Of a stretch of DNA of 36,033 nt, positions 16,812-25,813 are shown piece after piece; the stretch's first letter is position 1; each line of letters starts with the position of its first letter. The translations under genes were made by a program, and so were the position numbers. The notes beneath the pieces were generated by a model. It had not been told where the DNA came from. It searched no databases and saw nothing but the letters and a program-made list of their open reading frames with translations. The DNA comes from an uncultured Dehalococcoidales bacterium (lineage in GTDB: Bacteria > Chloroflexota > Dehalococcoidia > GIF9 > UBA5629), in the NCBI GenBank assembly GCA_964448985.1, contig CAYVBI010000004.1:1-36033 (forward strand), read 5' to 3'.

Positions 16812-17413
16812 CGGAGGTTTTCAAAGTGTTACCCGAGAGCGAAAAATACCAAACAGAGCGCGCAATACTGACAAAACTGCGGCAGCTGTATAAAAATCTG
16901 AGAAAGGAATTCCGACAGAAATGGGATCGTGACTTTCCTTTTGAAGAGATACTTTTTGATAGATGGGAAAGGGCAAATGATTTAGGCTTTGGTGAAGGTA
17001 CAAGCATCTATCATAGCAGTTATGTTTATGGTGATGTAAAGGTCGGTAAAGGTGCCTGGATAGGACCCTATACACTGCTTGATGGATCAGGAACCCTGGT
17101 TATTGGCGATCACTGTAATATTTCTTCCGGGGTGCAGATATATACGCACGATAGTGTTAAGAGGGCATTGACCGGAGGAATCGCACAAATTGAACATGCG
17201 CCTGTAGTTATAGGTGATTACTGCTATATTGGCCCACAAACTGTGATAACAAAAGGTGTTACTATCGGAGATCATAGCGTTATTGGTGCCTGTTCCCTGG
17301 TAAATAAGGACATACCGCCTTATTCAATAGCTATGGGAATACCATGCAGGATAGCCGGTAATGTTGAAATCGCTGAATCAGACGTAAAATTCCGCTATTT
17401 AAATGACCATTAG
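16808..17413 (+). CDS. Second hexapeptide-repeat acyltransferase
   Basis: Motifs VKVGKGAWIGP, IGDHCNISSGVQIYTH, IGDYCYIG, GVTIGDHSVIGA, GIPCR. Confidence 0.87.
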   Translation: MTEVFKVLPESEKYQTERAILTKLRQLYKNLRKEFRQKWDRDFPFEEILFDRWERANDLGFGEGTSIYHSSYVYGDVKVGKGAWIGPYTLLDGSGTLVIGDHCNISSGVQIYTHDSVKRALTGGIAQIEHAPVVIGDYCYIGPQTVITKGVTIGDHSVIGACSLVNKDIPPYSIAMGIPCRIAGNVEIAESDVKFRYLNDH

Positions 17414-17502
17414 GTGTGTATTATTGAAGCACCCTGCTTATAGTGGAAGCCTTACTCACGATATATTTTGTAGTGCATATTAATACCGGGTGGAGCTTTT
17501 AT

Positions 17503-18517
17503 TTGGGGTATAGATCTATAGTCAATAACATTCCAGGTCTCGAAAAACTATATAGTGCCTACAATTATCTGGATAGGCGGCGTTATGTGAGCTTTGCCAA
17601 TTATCCACACACGATCAGTATTGAATTAACCACCAGATGCAACTCGGTGTGCACATATTGTCCACGTGGGGATCTGGTAAACCGTAATATAAGAAAGATT
17701 CAAGACATGGACTTTAAATTGCTGGAACATATAATTCAACAAATTCGTGTTTCGAAATTTGAACCTCGGGAAATATCGCCTGTCGGATTGGGAGAACCCA
17801 TGTTATATGGAGACCTGATCCCGGCTATCCGTTTGATTAAACGCGAGTTACCATCAGCCTATCTTTCATTGAATACAAATGGTATTCATTTCACTAAAGA
17901 GCAGCAGGACGCTTTGATATCAAATAACGTGGATTGCCTTACAATCAGTCTTAATTTTCATTCCCGTGATATCTATATAAAACACTGCGGTATCGGCGCC
18001 TTTGACCAAGTGTGCACGAATATTGAGCGCTTTCTAAAAGCGAAGCGAAGCAATAAACCTAAGACTATAATACAGATACTCGATATTGATGATAATGTGC
18101 GGGATATGGTGGATTTTAAATCGTTCTGGTCAAAGAGAATAAATTCAAATGACACAATTAGTCTCAGGCCATTTTGTGACTTCGGAGGTACCGTAGCGAT
18201 CTCACAATATAAAGATTAAGAAGAGGTCAGGGAGAAGATATCCCTGCGAGCAGGTATTTAATCAGTTGATGATAAATGTTACGGGCGATTGTTTCCCGTG
18301 TTGCATGGGAATTACTACGGATAGCGATGATTCCCTGTGCATTGGAAATATCAAATACAAAAGTATCACCGATATGTACGCAACTGATTCCAAAGTCCAG
18401 GGTATTCGCAATATGCACAGAATGGATGACTATAGTTCGCTAAATATGTGCAGGGCATGTGATACATGGTTTGTACCTTCGAATATATTCGTAAGCATCG
18501 GTAACAAATGGTATTGA
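17503..18517 (+). pseudogene. Radical SAM + SPASM/twitch protein split by a +1 frameshift near 18197-18216
   Basis: The first frame has IELTTRCNSVCTYCPR, GLGEP, NTNG and ends at TAA 18217-18219. The +1 frame reads KIKKRSGRRYPCEQVFNQLMINVTGDCFPCC..IGNI..CRACD. Probable start is TTG 17503 behind GGAG (alternative GTG 17443). Confidence 0.75.
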
Positions 18518-18565
18518 TGAATCACGGATGCTAATACTGATAGTGCAGGAAATCTGATCATAAGT

Positions 18566-19822
18566 ATGGCTGAAAAAACAGGAGTAAATTTGGGAGACGA
18601 CATCTCTAAACCTGCTTTTAGCGGCAAACGAAAGCGGGTTTTTATCGGCCTGAATGAAATAGCGAATATTAGTGCTACATATGCAAAGGCTTTCCAGAGG
18701 CTCGGTTTTCTGACCTACACGGTTGTCCTGGATAAAAATCCTTATTTTATCGATGAACAATATGACGTGGTAATTGCCGAGAAAATCGGGCGTTTCCATG
18801 GCAGTTCCCTTAATCGTTTTTTTTCGCTGGTGTTTCAGCATTTAATTCTATGTATAGAATTTATTAAAACTTTATTCTGCTGCGATATTTTTATATTTAT
18901 ATACGGCAGCTCTTTTTTTTCGGAAAGCCATATTGACTATCCAATTTTAAAGTTAGCCGGCAAGAAAATAGTAACTATTTTTTGTGGCTGCGACATAAGA
19001 CACTGGTCAGCGTATGAACAGGAATTTGAATCATTGGAATTAGGAACCCTGTATAAGTCTTGCTGTGACGATTGTGATTCAAGGACATCTTGTTATTTAA
19101 CCAGGAAAATCGGAATTGCTAAAGCTGTCGAGAAATACAGTGATTTGATTCTTTCCCAGCGGAATCAATCTCAGTTATTAAGGCGTCCATATATGAGGAT
19201 TAATATACCCTTGATACTGTCGAGATATGAGTTTAATGTGCCGGCCAGAGACATACCCGTGGTTGTTCATGCGCCAACCAACCGGTCGATAAAAGGCACG
19301 GAACAAATAATTGAAGCGGTGAAGAAGCTGAAGGGAGAGGGAATAGAATTCGAATTTCGCTTTATTGAAAACTGTGACAATCATGAAGTACTTAAGATTC
19401 TATCTGATGCAGATATTGTTGTAGACCAGTTATATGCGCAAACAGTTGCTCTGCTGGCTCTGGAATCACTGGCTACCGGTAACGTTGTACTGATCGGCAG
19501 CATGCCGGGTTATGAGCTTATACCCGGTGATTGTCCTGCCATCTACATAAATCATGATAATTTATATAATGAACTTAAGGGCATTATCCTTGATAAGCAA
19601 CGCCGAATATTATTAGCTAAAGCCGGCAGGAAATATGTGGAGACTTATCACAATCATATAACTGTTACTAAACAGGTTCTTAATTGGTTGAAACCAGGCG
19701 GTATAAAGAAATATGATTATTATCCTGATTTTGCACAGAAGCACTATAAAATATCCGTTGATGTGTTAAAGAAAGAGAAGTTCTATCTGGTCAAGGATAT
19801 ACTTCGATTTCTCCGCCGATGA
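18566..19822 (+). CDS. GT-B fold glycosyltransferase (GT4-like, divergent)
   Basis: Motifs GCDIR, VVHAPTNRSIKGT, ADIVVDQL, LALESLATG, GRKYVETYH. Confidence 0.75.
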   Translation: MAEKTGVNLGDDISKPAFSGKRKRVFIGLNEIANISATYAKAFQRLGFLTYTVVLDKNPYFIDEQYDVVIAEKIGRFHGSSLNRFFSLVFQHLILCIEFIKTLFCCDIFIFIYGSSFFSESHIDYPILKLAGKKIVTIFCGCDIRHWSAYEQEFESLELGTLYKSCCDDCDSRTSCYLTRKIGIAKAVEKYSDLILSQRNQSQLLRRPYMRINIPLILSRYEFNVPARDIPVVVHAPTNRSIKGTEQIIEAVKKLKGEGIEFEFRFIENCDNHEVLKILSDADIVVDQLYAQTVALLALESLATGNVVLIGSMPGYELIPGDCPAIYINHDNLYNELKGIILDKQRRILLAKAGRKYVETYHNHITVTKQVLNWLKPGGIKKYDYYPDFAQKHYKISVDVLKKEKFYLVKDILRFLRR

Positions 19823-19865
19823 AATATGGATCACATATCCCCGATGATTTGAAGTGGCATAGACG

Positions 19866-21323
19866 ATGATAACGAAATTGACAAGATTGCTGAAGGAATC
19901 AGCGCTTTATTCTCTAAGTGCGATCGCCTCGCCTTTCATCGGGATTATCCTGGTGCCTATTTACACCAGAATATTCTCACCGGATGAGTACGGGATTATC
20001 GAGCTCATCACAACTGTTACGGCCTTACTGACATTATTCCTGATCGCCGGGTTAGAAACCGGTATAGGCCGATATTATGTTGATACAGGCTCTTCTGACC
20101 ATAAGAGAAAAATTGCCTCAACGGGGATTGCTTATCTGATGTTGACCGCCGTAATCGTAATCGCAGGATTGATGATGTTTTCAAATGATCTGAGTTTGCT
20201 GCTTTTCCACAGTGGTGATTATTCGACTGTTTTATTGGTCGCATTGGCCTGTGTGCCTTTCATAGTGCTGGTATCTTCGTTTGCTAACCTGCTGCGGTTC
20301 AGGTTGCAGCCGATGCGCGCTGTCTTTCTGGCGCTGGGAACATTACTGCTGCAAACGGCGTTGATTATTATTTTCGTAGTCATCATGAATAGGGGAATTG
20401 TAGGGATCTACATAGCAACCCTGATAACACAGTTTGTCTTTGCCCTGGTGGGATTCTTCCTGACCTATGACAGTTATGCGCCGGTTTTTTCATGGAGTAG
20501 GTTAAAGCTGATACTATCCTTTGGCTTGCCTTATTTGCTGCTGTCTTTCTGCTACTTCATTATGACGAATTCGGACAGGTATTTTTTAAATTATTACCAG
20601 GGATTGAGTGCAGTGGGGATTTATGGTATCGGTTATAAAGTAGCATCCGTGATAGGTGTCGCGGTCATGGGCTTTCAACTTGCATGGGGGCCTTTTATCT
20701 ACTCCACATATAAAGACGAAGATGCCAAACGGACATTCGCACGGGTTTTTGATTATGTCTCTGTTGCGGCATGCATCCTTTTGCTGGGCTTATCGCTTTT
20801 CTCCAGGGAACTAATGTATGTTTTTACAACGGCTCAATACTTCGAGGCGTACGTGGTTGTGCCTTTTATATCCGCCGGACTCATAATATATACTCTCGGG
20901 GGCTATTTTTCTATCGGGGTCGGCATAGCCAAGAAAACGATACACGTGGCGTGGACCGGCATTGTAGCTGCCCTGGTTAACCTGTCTTTAAACTGGCTGT
21001 TGATACCACTTTTCGGCATGATCGGTGCGGCTGTTTCAGCGGTCTTCTCGTTCTTACTGCTGGCTGTTCTATTGATGACAATATCGCAAAAGCTGTATAG
21101 GGTACCCTATAGATTTGGCGTGAACGGCATTATGTACCTTGTTACCGCTGTCATAATAGCTGTGGCCTATCTGTTTATGATGAATAGCATAACTTGGATG
21201 AACGCGAGTATTAAAGTACTGCTGCTATTGGGATTTCTGGCAGTTCCCTTTGCCTTAAAGCTATTGGGAGTTGCTGAGGTGAAGTACTTGTTTGGTCTGG
21301 TGACTCGGGCCGGGAGAAGGTAG
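19866..21323 (+). CDS. Oligosaccharide flippase (Wzx/AglR, MOP superfamily)
   Basis: About 12-14 hydrophobic segments; motifs PIYTRIFSPDEYG, FGLP, SDRYFL, VGIYGIGYK, NWLLIPLFGMIGAA. Confidence 0.9.
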   Translation: MITKLTRLLKESALYSLSAIASPFIGIILVPIYTRIFSPDEYGIIELITTVTALLTLFLIAGLETGIGRYYVDTGSSDHKRKIASTGIAYLMLTAVIVIAGLMMFSNDLSLLLFHSGDYSTVLLVALACVPFIVLVSSFANLLRFRLQPMRAVFLALGTLLLQTALIIIFVVIMNRGIVGIYIATLITQFVFALVGFFLTYDSYAPVFSWSRLKLILSFGLPYLLLSFCYFIMTNSDRYFLNYYQGLSAVGIYGIGYKVASVIGVAVMGFQLAWGPFIYSTYKDEDAKRTFARVFDYVSVAACILLLGLSLFSRELMYVFTTAQYFEAYVVVPFISAGLIIYTLGGYFSIGVGIAKKTIHVAWTGIVAALVNLSLNWLLIPLFGMIGAAVSAVFSFLLLAVLLMTISQKLYRVPYRFGVNGIMYLVTAVIIAVAYLFMMNSITWMNASIKVLLLLGFLAVPFALKLLGVAEVKYLFGLVTRAGRR

Positions 21324-21369
21324 TCAGCGGTGGATCGGTGATATAAAAAGAACATGGCCGGATAGTTAA

Positions 21370-22566
21370 ATGAAGGTTAATTTCTTTTTGGATAATAGTT
21401 GCCGGTACGATTCACGGGTTCTTCGTGAAGCGGGCTCACTTGCCGCAAACGGTCATACCCTGGAGATATTGGCTTTTAGAGACGGCGGCCCCGACCTTAC
21501 CGAGGAGAGAGACGGATTTAAGATCATAAGATTGCCGGGTATCAGCCAGCTAAGGCGATTTCAATGGATGCAATTATTCTACTCGGCTTTTGGGATCGTT
21601 CGTTACTATGTCCAGTGCTGGATTTTATTAAAAGATAAATGTGTGGATGTGTGTCATTGCCATGATCTGTGGACATTGCCGATCGGCTATATTGTAAAAA
21701 GACTGCGCGGTTGTTCGCTGGTCTATGATTCACACGAACTATATCTTGAGCAAGCCAGTCTTGGTTTCCTTCGTCGATTACTGGGTAAAATTATTGAGAG
21801 AGCATTAATTGGCCATGCTGACAACGTGATAACGGTAAATTCCTTTATTGCGGAAGAGTTGTTAAAGAGATATAAAATAAGATTACCTCTCGTAATAGCC
21901 AATTATCCGTTAACAACCACGGAGAAATCATTGCTATCGTACGATAACATCCGTGATACACTTTCAGTACCGGATATCGTGCCTATTATTCTATACATTG
22001 GTGGTTACGTGGCTGGCCGCGGTCTTGAGAACTTGATATTATCTGCAAAATTCATACGCCAGGGAGTGATTGTATTTATTGGCTTTGGTACTGCTGAAGG
22101 CAAACTTAAAGAATTGGTCAAAGAACATAGTCTGACGGATAAGGTCAAATTTACCGGTCCGGTTTCGCCTGATTCGCTGATTCAATATATAGAGTCCGCA
22201 AGCCTGGGTGTCGTGTTATTCACTAAAGTTGATCTGAATAACTATTACTGCAGCCCCAATAAATTGTTTGAATACATAAATGCCGGCCTGCCTGTAGTAT
22301 GCAGCGATTTCCCATTCATGAAATCCGTAGTTGAAAACTACGAAGTTGGTAAAACGTGCAATCCTGACGACCCGGAGTGTATTGCCTCAGCAATCAACTG
22401 GGTGCTTGAGGATAATGAAAGGTATCGATATCTGAAGCGTAATGTGCTAAGTGCTGCCGGCATATTTAACTGGGGAAAAGAGTCCCGGAAGCTGATAGCA
22501 TTGTATGAAGAACTGGGAAAGAAGATGATGCAAAGCAGAGGTGAAGGTGCCAGATGTGCGGCATAA
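21370..22566 (+). CDS. GT4-family glycosyltransferase
   Basis: Motifs DSRVLREA, HCHDL, VYDSHE, RGLE, SPNKLFEYINAGLPVVCSD, FNW. Confidence 0.9.
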   Translation: MKVNFFLDNSCRYDSRVLREAGSLAANGHTLEILAFRDGGPDLTEERDGFKIIRLPGISQLRRFQWMQLFYSAFGIVRYYVQCWILLKDKCVDVCHCHDLWTLPIGYIVKRLRGCSLVYDSHELYLEQASLGFLRRLLGKIIERALIGHADNVITVNSFIAEELLKRYKIRLPLVIANYPLTTTEKSLLSYDNIRDTLSVPDIVPIILYIGGYVAGRGLENLILSAKFIRQGVIVFIGFGTAEGKLKELVKEHSLTDKVKFTGPVSPDSLIQYIESASLGVVLFTKVDLNNYYCSPNKLFEYINAGLPVVCSDFPFMKSVVENYEVGKTCNPDDPECIASAINWVLEDNERYRYLKRNVLSAAGIFNWGKESRKLIALYEELGKKMMQSRGEGARCAA

Positions 22567-24608
22567 CAGGCTATCTTAATTTCAACCGGACGGCAATCGG
22601 CATCGATGTTTTGCGCAGAATGTCGGACAGCCTGAAGCACCGCGGGCCGGATGATGAGGGCTATGTGCTGCTGAATATGCAAAAGGCGAATTGCGCTATG
22701 GCTGGCGGAAATGATACGCCGTCCGATGTGTATTCTGCCAGCTACTCTTTTTCACCCCATCAGCGTTTGAATGACATGGATGTCGCCGCAGATGTTTTCA
22801 ACCTGGCCTTTGGACACCGGCGGTTGTCTATTATAGACCTGTCGCCATCGGGGCACCAGCCTATGTGCAGCCTCAATGGTAAGCGCTGGATAGTCTACAA
22901 CGGAGAGATCTTCAATTACATTGAGTTGAGAGAGGAGTTAAAGCAGAGGGGCCATCAATTTGTCACCGAAAGCGATACGGAGGTGATACTTGAGGCTTAC
23001 GATGAGTGGGGATATGAATGTCTGAACAGGTTCAACGGCATGTGGGCTTTCGCCCTGTGGGATTGTGATAAGAGGAGACTCTTTTGCGCACGTGACAGGT
23101 TTGGGATCAAGCCCTTCTATTATTATGCTGACAGCAGCGTATTTATATTTGCCTCGGAGATTAAGGCGATACTACAGCATCCCGCTGTTTGCAGGCAGGT
23201 CAATGATGAAGTGGCCTATAACTACCTGATGTGGGGATTTCTGGGCTATTCGGCGGACACTTTTTTCAAGGGCATAAGGCAGCTTGATCCCGGATATTAT
23301 CTTTCTGTGGATATCTCAGGTGACACTATTATTAAACGCTGGTGGAATCTTGATATCAACACGGAGATCGGACAGGTTTCAAATAACGACGCGCGTAAAA
23401 ATGCGGGGAAACTGGCCTCGTTGTTGGAGGACTCCATCGGGTTGAGGTTGCGCAGCGATGTGCCCATAGGTACCTGTTTGAGCGGCGGATTGGACTCATC
23501 CTCAATTGTTTGCCTGGCAAACAGGCTTATGTTTAATGGTCACTCGGTCAGCCCTTTGATAGCGGGCGACAGACAGAAGACCTTCAGTGCCTGCCATGAA
23601 GATATGCGAATCGATGAAAGAAGATTCATTGAAGAGGTGATTCAGAAAACCAACGCCGAGAGGAATTACGTTTTTCCGAATGGCGAAAAGTTGTGGGAAG
23701 ACCTGCCGGAACTGGTCAGACATCAGGATGAGCCTTTCGCAGGAACAAGCATTTATGCTCAATGGTGCGTAATGAAGCGGGTTAGAGAGAGGGGGGTCAA
23801 GGTACTATTGGACGGTCAGGGCGGGGATGAGCTGCTGGCAGGTTATCAACCATATTATGGAACGTTTTTACTCAACCTATTACTTACGGGGAATGTTTCT
23901 CAGTATCTTGCGGAAGGCGTAGCAATCGCCGGAATAACAGGATGGTATCGTATGATGGCATCGACAGGCATGAGCGCTTCCGTATCCGCCTATAACTTCT
24001 TACCGGTTCAATTGCAGATGGCGGCAAGCCGTCTTAATTCCGCGATGCAAGGTACTCATGTGTACGAACTTATCAGCAGGGATTTTGTTAAGAAACATTT
24101 TGCCGGCGGCGCTGCATCTTTTAAAGACCTTACAGGAGACTATGGTAACCTGCAGAAACGATTGGCAAAGGATGTGGCGACCGAATTGGCGGTGCTATTG
24201 CGCTATGAAGATAGGAACTCAATGACCTTTTCGGTCGAGGCAAGGGTACCTTTCCTCGATTACAGGCTGGTGGAATTTGCCTTTTCGCTGCCCGTTTCTT
24301 ACAAAATCCATAATGGATGGACCAAGTGGATTTTGCGGGAGGCAATGAGAGATATATTGCCGGATCAAATTCGATTAAGGCGGGATAAACTGGGGTTTCC
24401 AACACCGAATAAACAATGGCTTGTGGAAAATCGAGAAAACATTATCGAATTGTTTTCACGCAGCGCATGCATGTCTGCAGGTTATATAGATGCGAGCTAT
24501 ATTGCAGGCAATATAAATGATCTTTTAAGAAGCGATAATTCTGCGGCTGAGTTATGGCGCTTCATTAACTTCGAACTGTGGTTGAGGGCATTTTCTAATG
24601 GAAATTGA
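22554..24608 (+). CDS. Asparagine synthetase B-like glutamine amidotransferase (WbpS-like, probable sugar amidation)
   Basis: Motifs (M)CGITG, HRGPDD, GHRRLSIIDL, NGEIFN, NGMWAF, ARDRFGIKP, LSGGLDSS, LDGQGGDE, EARVPFLD; embedded among glycosyltransferases. Confidence 0.92.
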   Translation: MCGITGYLNFNRTAIGIDVLRRMSDSLKHRGPDDEGYVLLNMQKANCAMAGGNDTPSDVYSASYSFSPHQRLNDMDVAADVFNLAFGHRRLSIIDLSPSGHQPMCSLNGKRWIVYNGEIFNYIELREELKQRGHQFVTESDTEVILEAYDEWGYECLNRFNGMWAFALWDCDKRRLFCARDRFGIKPFYYYADSSVFIFASEIKAILQHPAVCRQVNDEVAYNYLMWGFLGYSADTFFKGIRQLDPGYYLSVDISGDTIIKRWWNLDINTEIGQVSNNDARKNAGKLASLLEDSIGLRLRSDVPIGTCLSGGLDSSSIVCLANRLMFNGHSVSPLIAGDRQKTFSACHEDMRIDERRFIEEVIQKTNAERNYVFPNGEKLWEDLPELVRHQDEPFAGTSIYAQWCVMKRVRERGVKVLLDGQGGDELLAGYQPYYGTFLLNLLLTGNVSQYLAEGVAIAGITGWYRMMASTGMSASVSAYNFLPVQLQMAASRLNSAMQGTHVYELISRDFVKKHFAGGAASFKDLTGDYGNLQKRLAKDVATELAVLLRYEDRNSMTFSVEARVPFLDYRLVEFAFSLPVSYKIHNGWTKWILREAMRDILPDQIRLRRDKLGFPTPNKQWLVENRENIIELFSRSACMSAGYIDASYIAGNINDLLRSDNSAAELWRFINFELWLRAFSNGN

Positions 24609-24611
24609 TAT

Positions 24612-25787
24612 ATGAAGGTATTAATGCTGGTGTCCAGCCCGGTTACCACCGATCCGCGGTTGTACAACGAAGCTCAAGCGCTGGTTCAAAGCGGACATCA
24701 GGTGAGCGTAATCGCATGGGACAAGTTGAAGCAAAATCCCCGTAAGCAGACGTGGGATGGAGTTGATGTACTTCGCCTCAGGATATGCCTGTCGCCCAAG
24801 TGTGGATTGAGCTTACCTCCCTGGCATGCCTTTCACCTGCTATTATGGCAGCGGCAGGCTTATCGGGAAGCATTAGCTCTAAATAAAGAAGCCGCCTTCG
24901 ATGCCATACATTGCCATTTCCTGGATACTTTATCGGTCGGACTAAGGCTTAAGCGGAAACTCGGCGTGCCTTTGATCTACGATGCCCGCGATATGTATGG
25001 CTATATGATGCAGGCATCCTTCCCGCGCTGGATAGCCCGCGTATTCGAGCGGCTGGAGAAGCGGTGGATAGCAGAGGTGGATGTCATTATAGCCGTCAGC
25101 GAAATAATGAGATCATGCCTGAAGCAAATAACCGAAAGGCCGATTTCAGTTATCATGAATTGTAAGCCGCTGCAGAGCACTGAGTATCAGCCACCGGATA
25201 ACGGTGGCAAATTCACGCTGCTGTATATAGGAACATTACATAAGGCGCGCGCTTTACCGCAGCTTATTGCTGCAATGAAAAATTTGACGGGCGTCTCCTG
25301 CATTATCGGGGGTATTGGCGAGTCCGGTTATGTTGAATCTATCAGGGAAGCGTGCCGTGAGATTCCCAATGTCTCGTTTGTGGGGAGAGTACCGGTGGAC
25401 AGGGTACTGCCCATGACAGCAGAAGCAGACGTTATCTTTTGCATGTTCGACCCGGGCAATCCAAATAATAAGATCGGTATGCCGAATAAAATTTTTGAAG
25501 CCATGGCCTGCGGCCGGCCGATCATCTGTACCCGGGGAATATACTCGGGTGAATTTGTCGAAAAGGAAGGAATCGGCCTGGCAGTCGAATATGACGGGGA
25601 AGCTCTCAGGCAGGCCATCATCAAATTCCGTGATGATCCCAAGTTAAGGGAGAGGATGGGGAGAAAAGCTTTGTCGGCGGCGATATCCACCTATAACTGG
25701 CAGACCGAGCAGAAGAAACTGGTGGAACTCTACAGGGACATACATGATTATCACCGCACTCAGAAATCAGCCGGCGAAGCCGGATAA
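24612..25787 (+). CDS. GT4-family glycosyltransferase
   Basis: Motifs DPRLYNEA, IHCH, IYDARD, PNKIFEAMACGRPII, YNW. Confidence 0.9.
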   Translation: MKVLMLVSSPVTTDPRLYNEAQALVQSGHQVSVIAWDKLKQNPRKQTWDGVDVLRLRICLSPKCGLSLPPWHAFHLLLWQRQAYREALALNKEAAFDAIHCHFLDTLSVGLRLKRKLGVPLIYDARDMYGYMMQASFPRWIARVFERLEKRWIAEVDVIIAVSEIMRSCLKQITERPISVIMNCKPLQSTEYQPPDNGGKFTLLYIGTLHKARALPQLIAAMKNLTGVSCIIGGIGESGYVESIREACREIPNVSFVGRVPVDRVLPMTAEADVIFCMFDPGNPNNKIGMPNKIFEAMACGRPIICTRGIYSGEFVEKEGIGLAVEYDGEALRQAIIKFRDDPKLRERMGRKALSAAISTYNWQTEQKKLVELYRDIHDYHRTQKSAGEAG

Positions 25788-25813
25788 GTCTGGTAGAACC
25801 AAAAGGCATTAAT

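Noticed and set aside
18217-18219. Stop-codon readthrough (Sec/Pyl) in the radical SAM gene
   Set aside because: The stop is TAA and the continuation is in a different frame. The upstream GGAGG (18184-18188) is too far away for a prfB-type shift site.
17443-18517. Cobalamin-dependent radical SAM linking the B12 operon to the glycan locus
   Set aside because: The CxxxCxxC motif is near the N-terminus, leaving no room for a B12-binding domain. The adjacency of the two loci has no functional support in the sequence.
13038-25787. Ordinary LPS O-antigen or capsule cluster
   Set aside because: No Wzz/Wzc, WaaL, export or initiating phosphoglycosyl transferase genes are visible, and the cluster is headed by an OST. 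A shared role in another surface polymer cannot be fully excluded.
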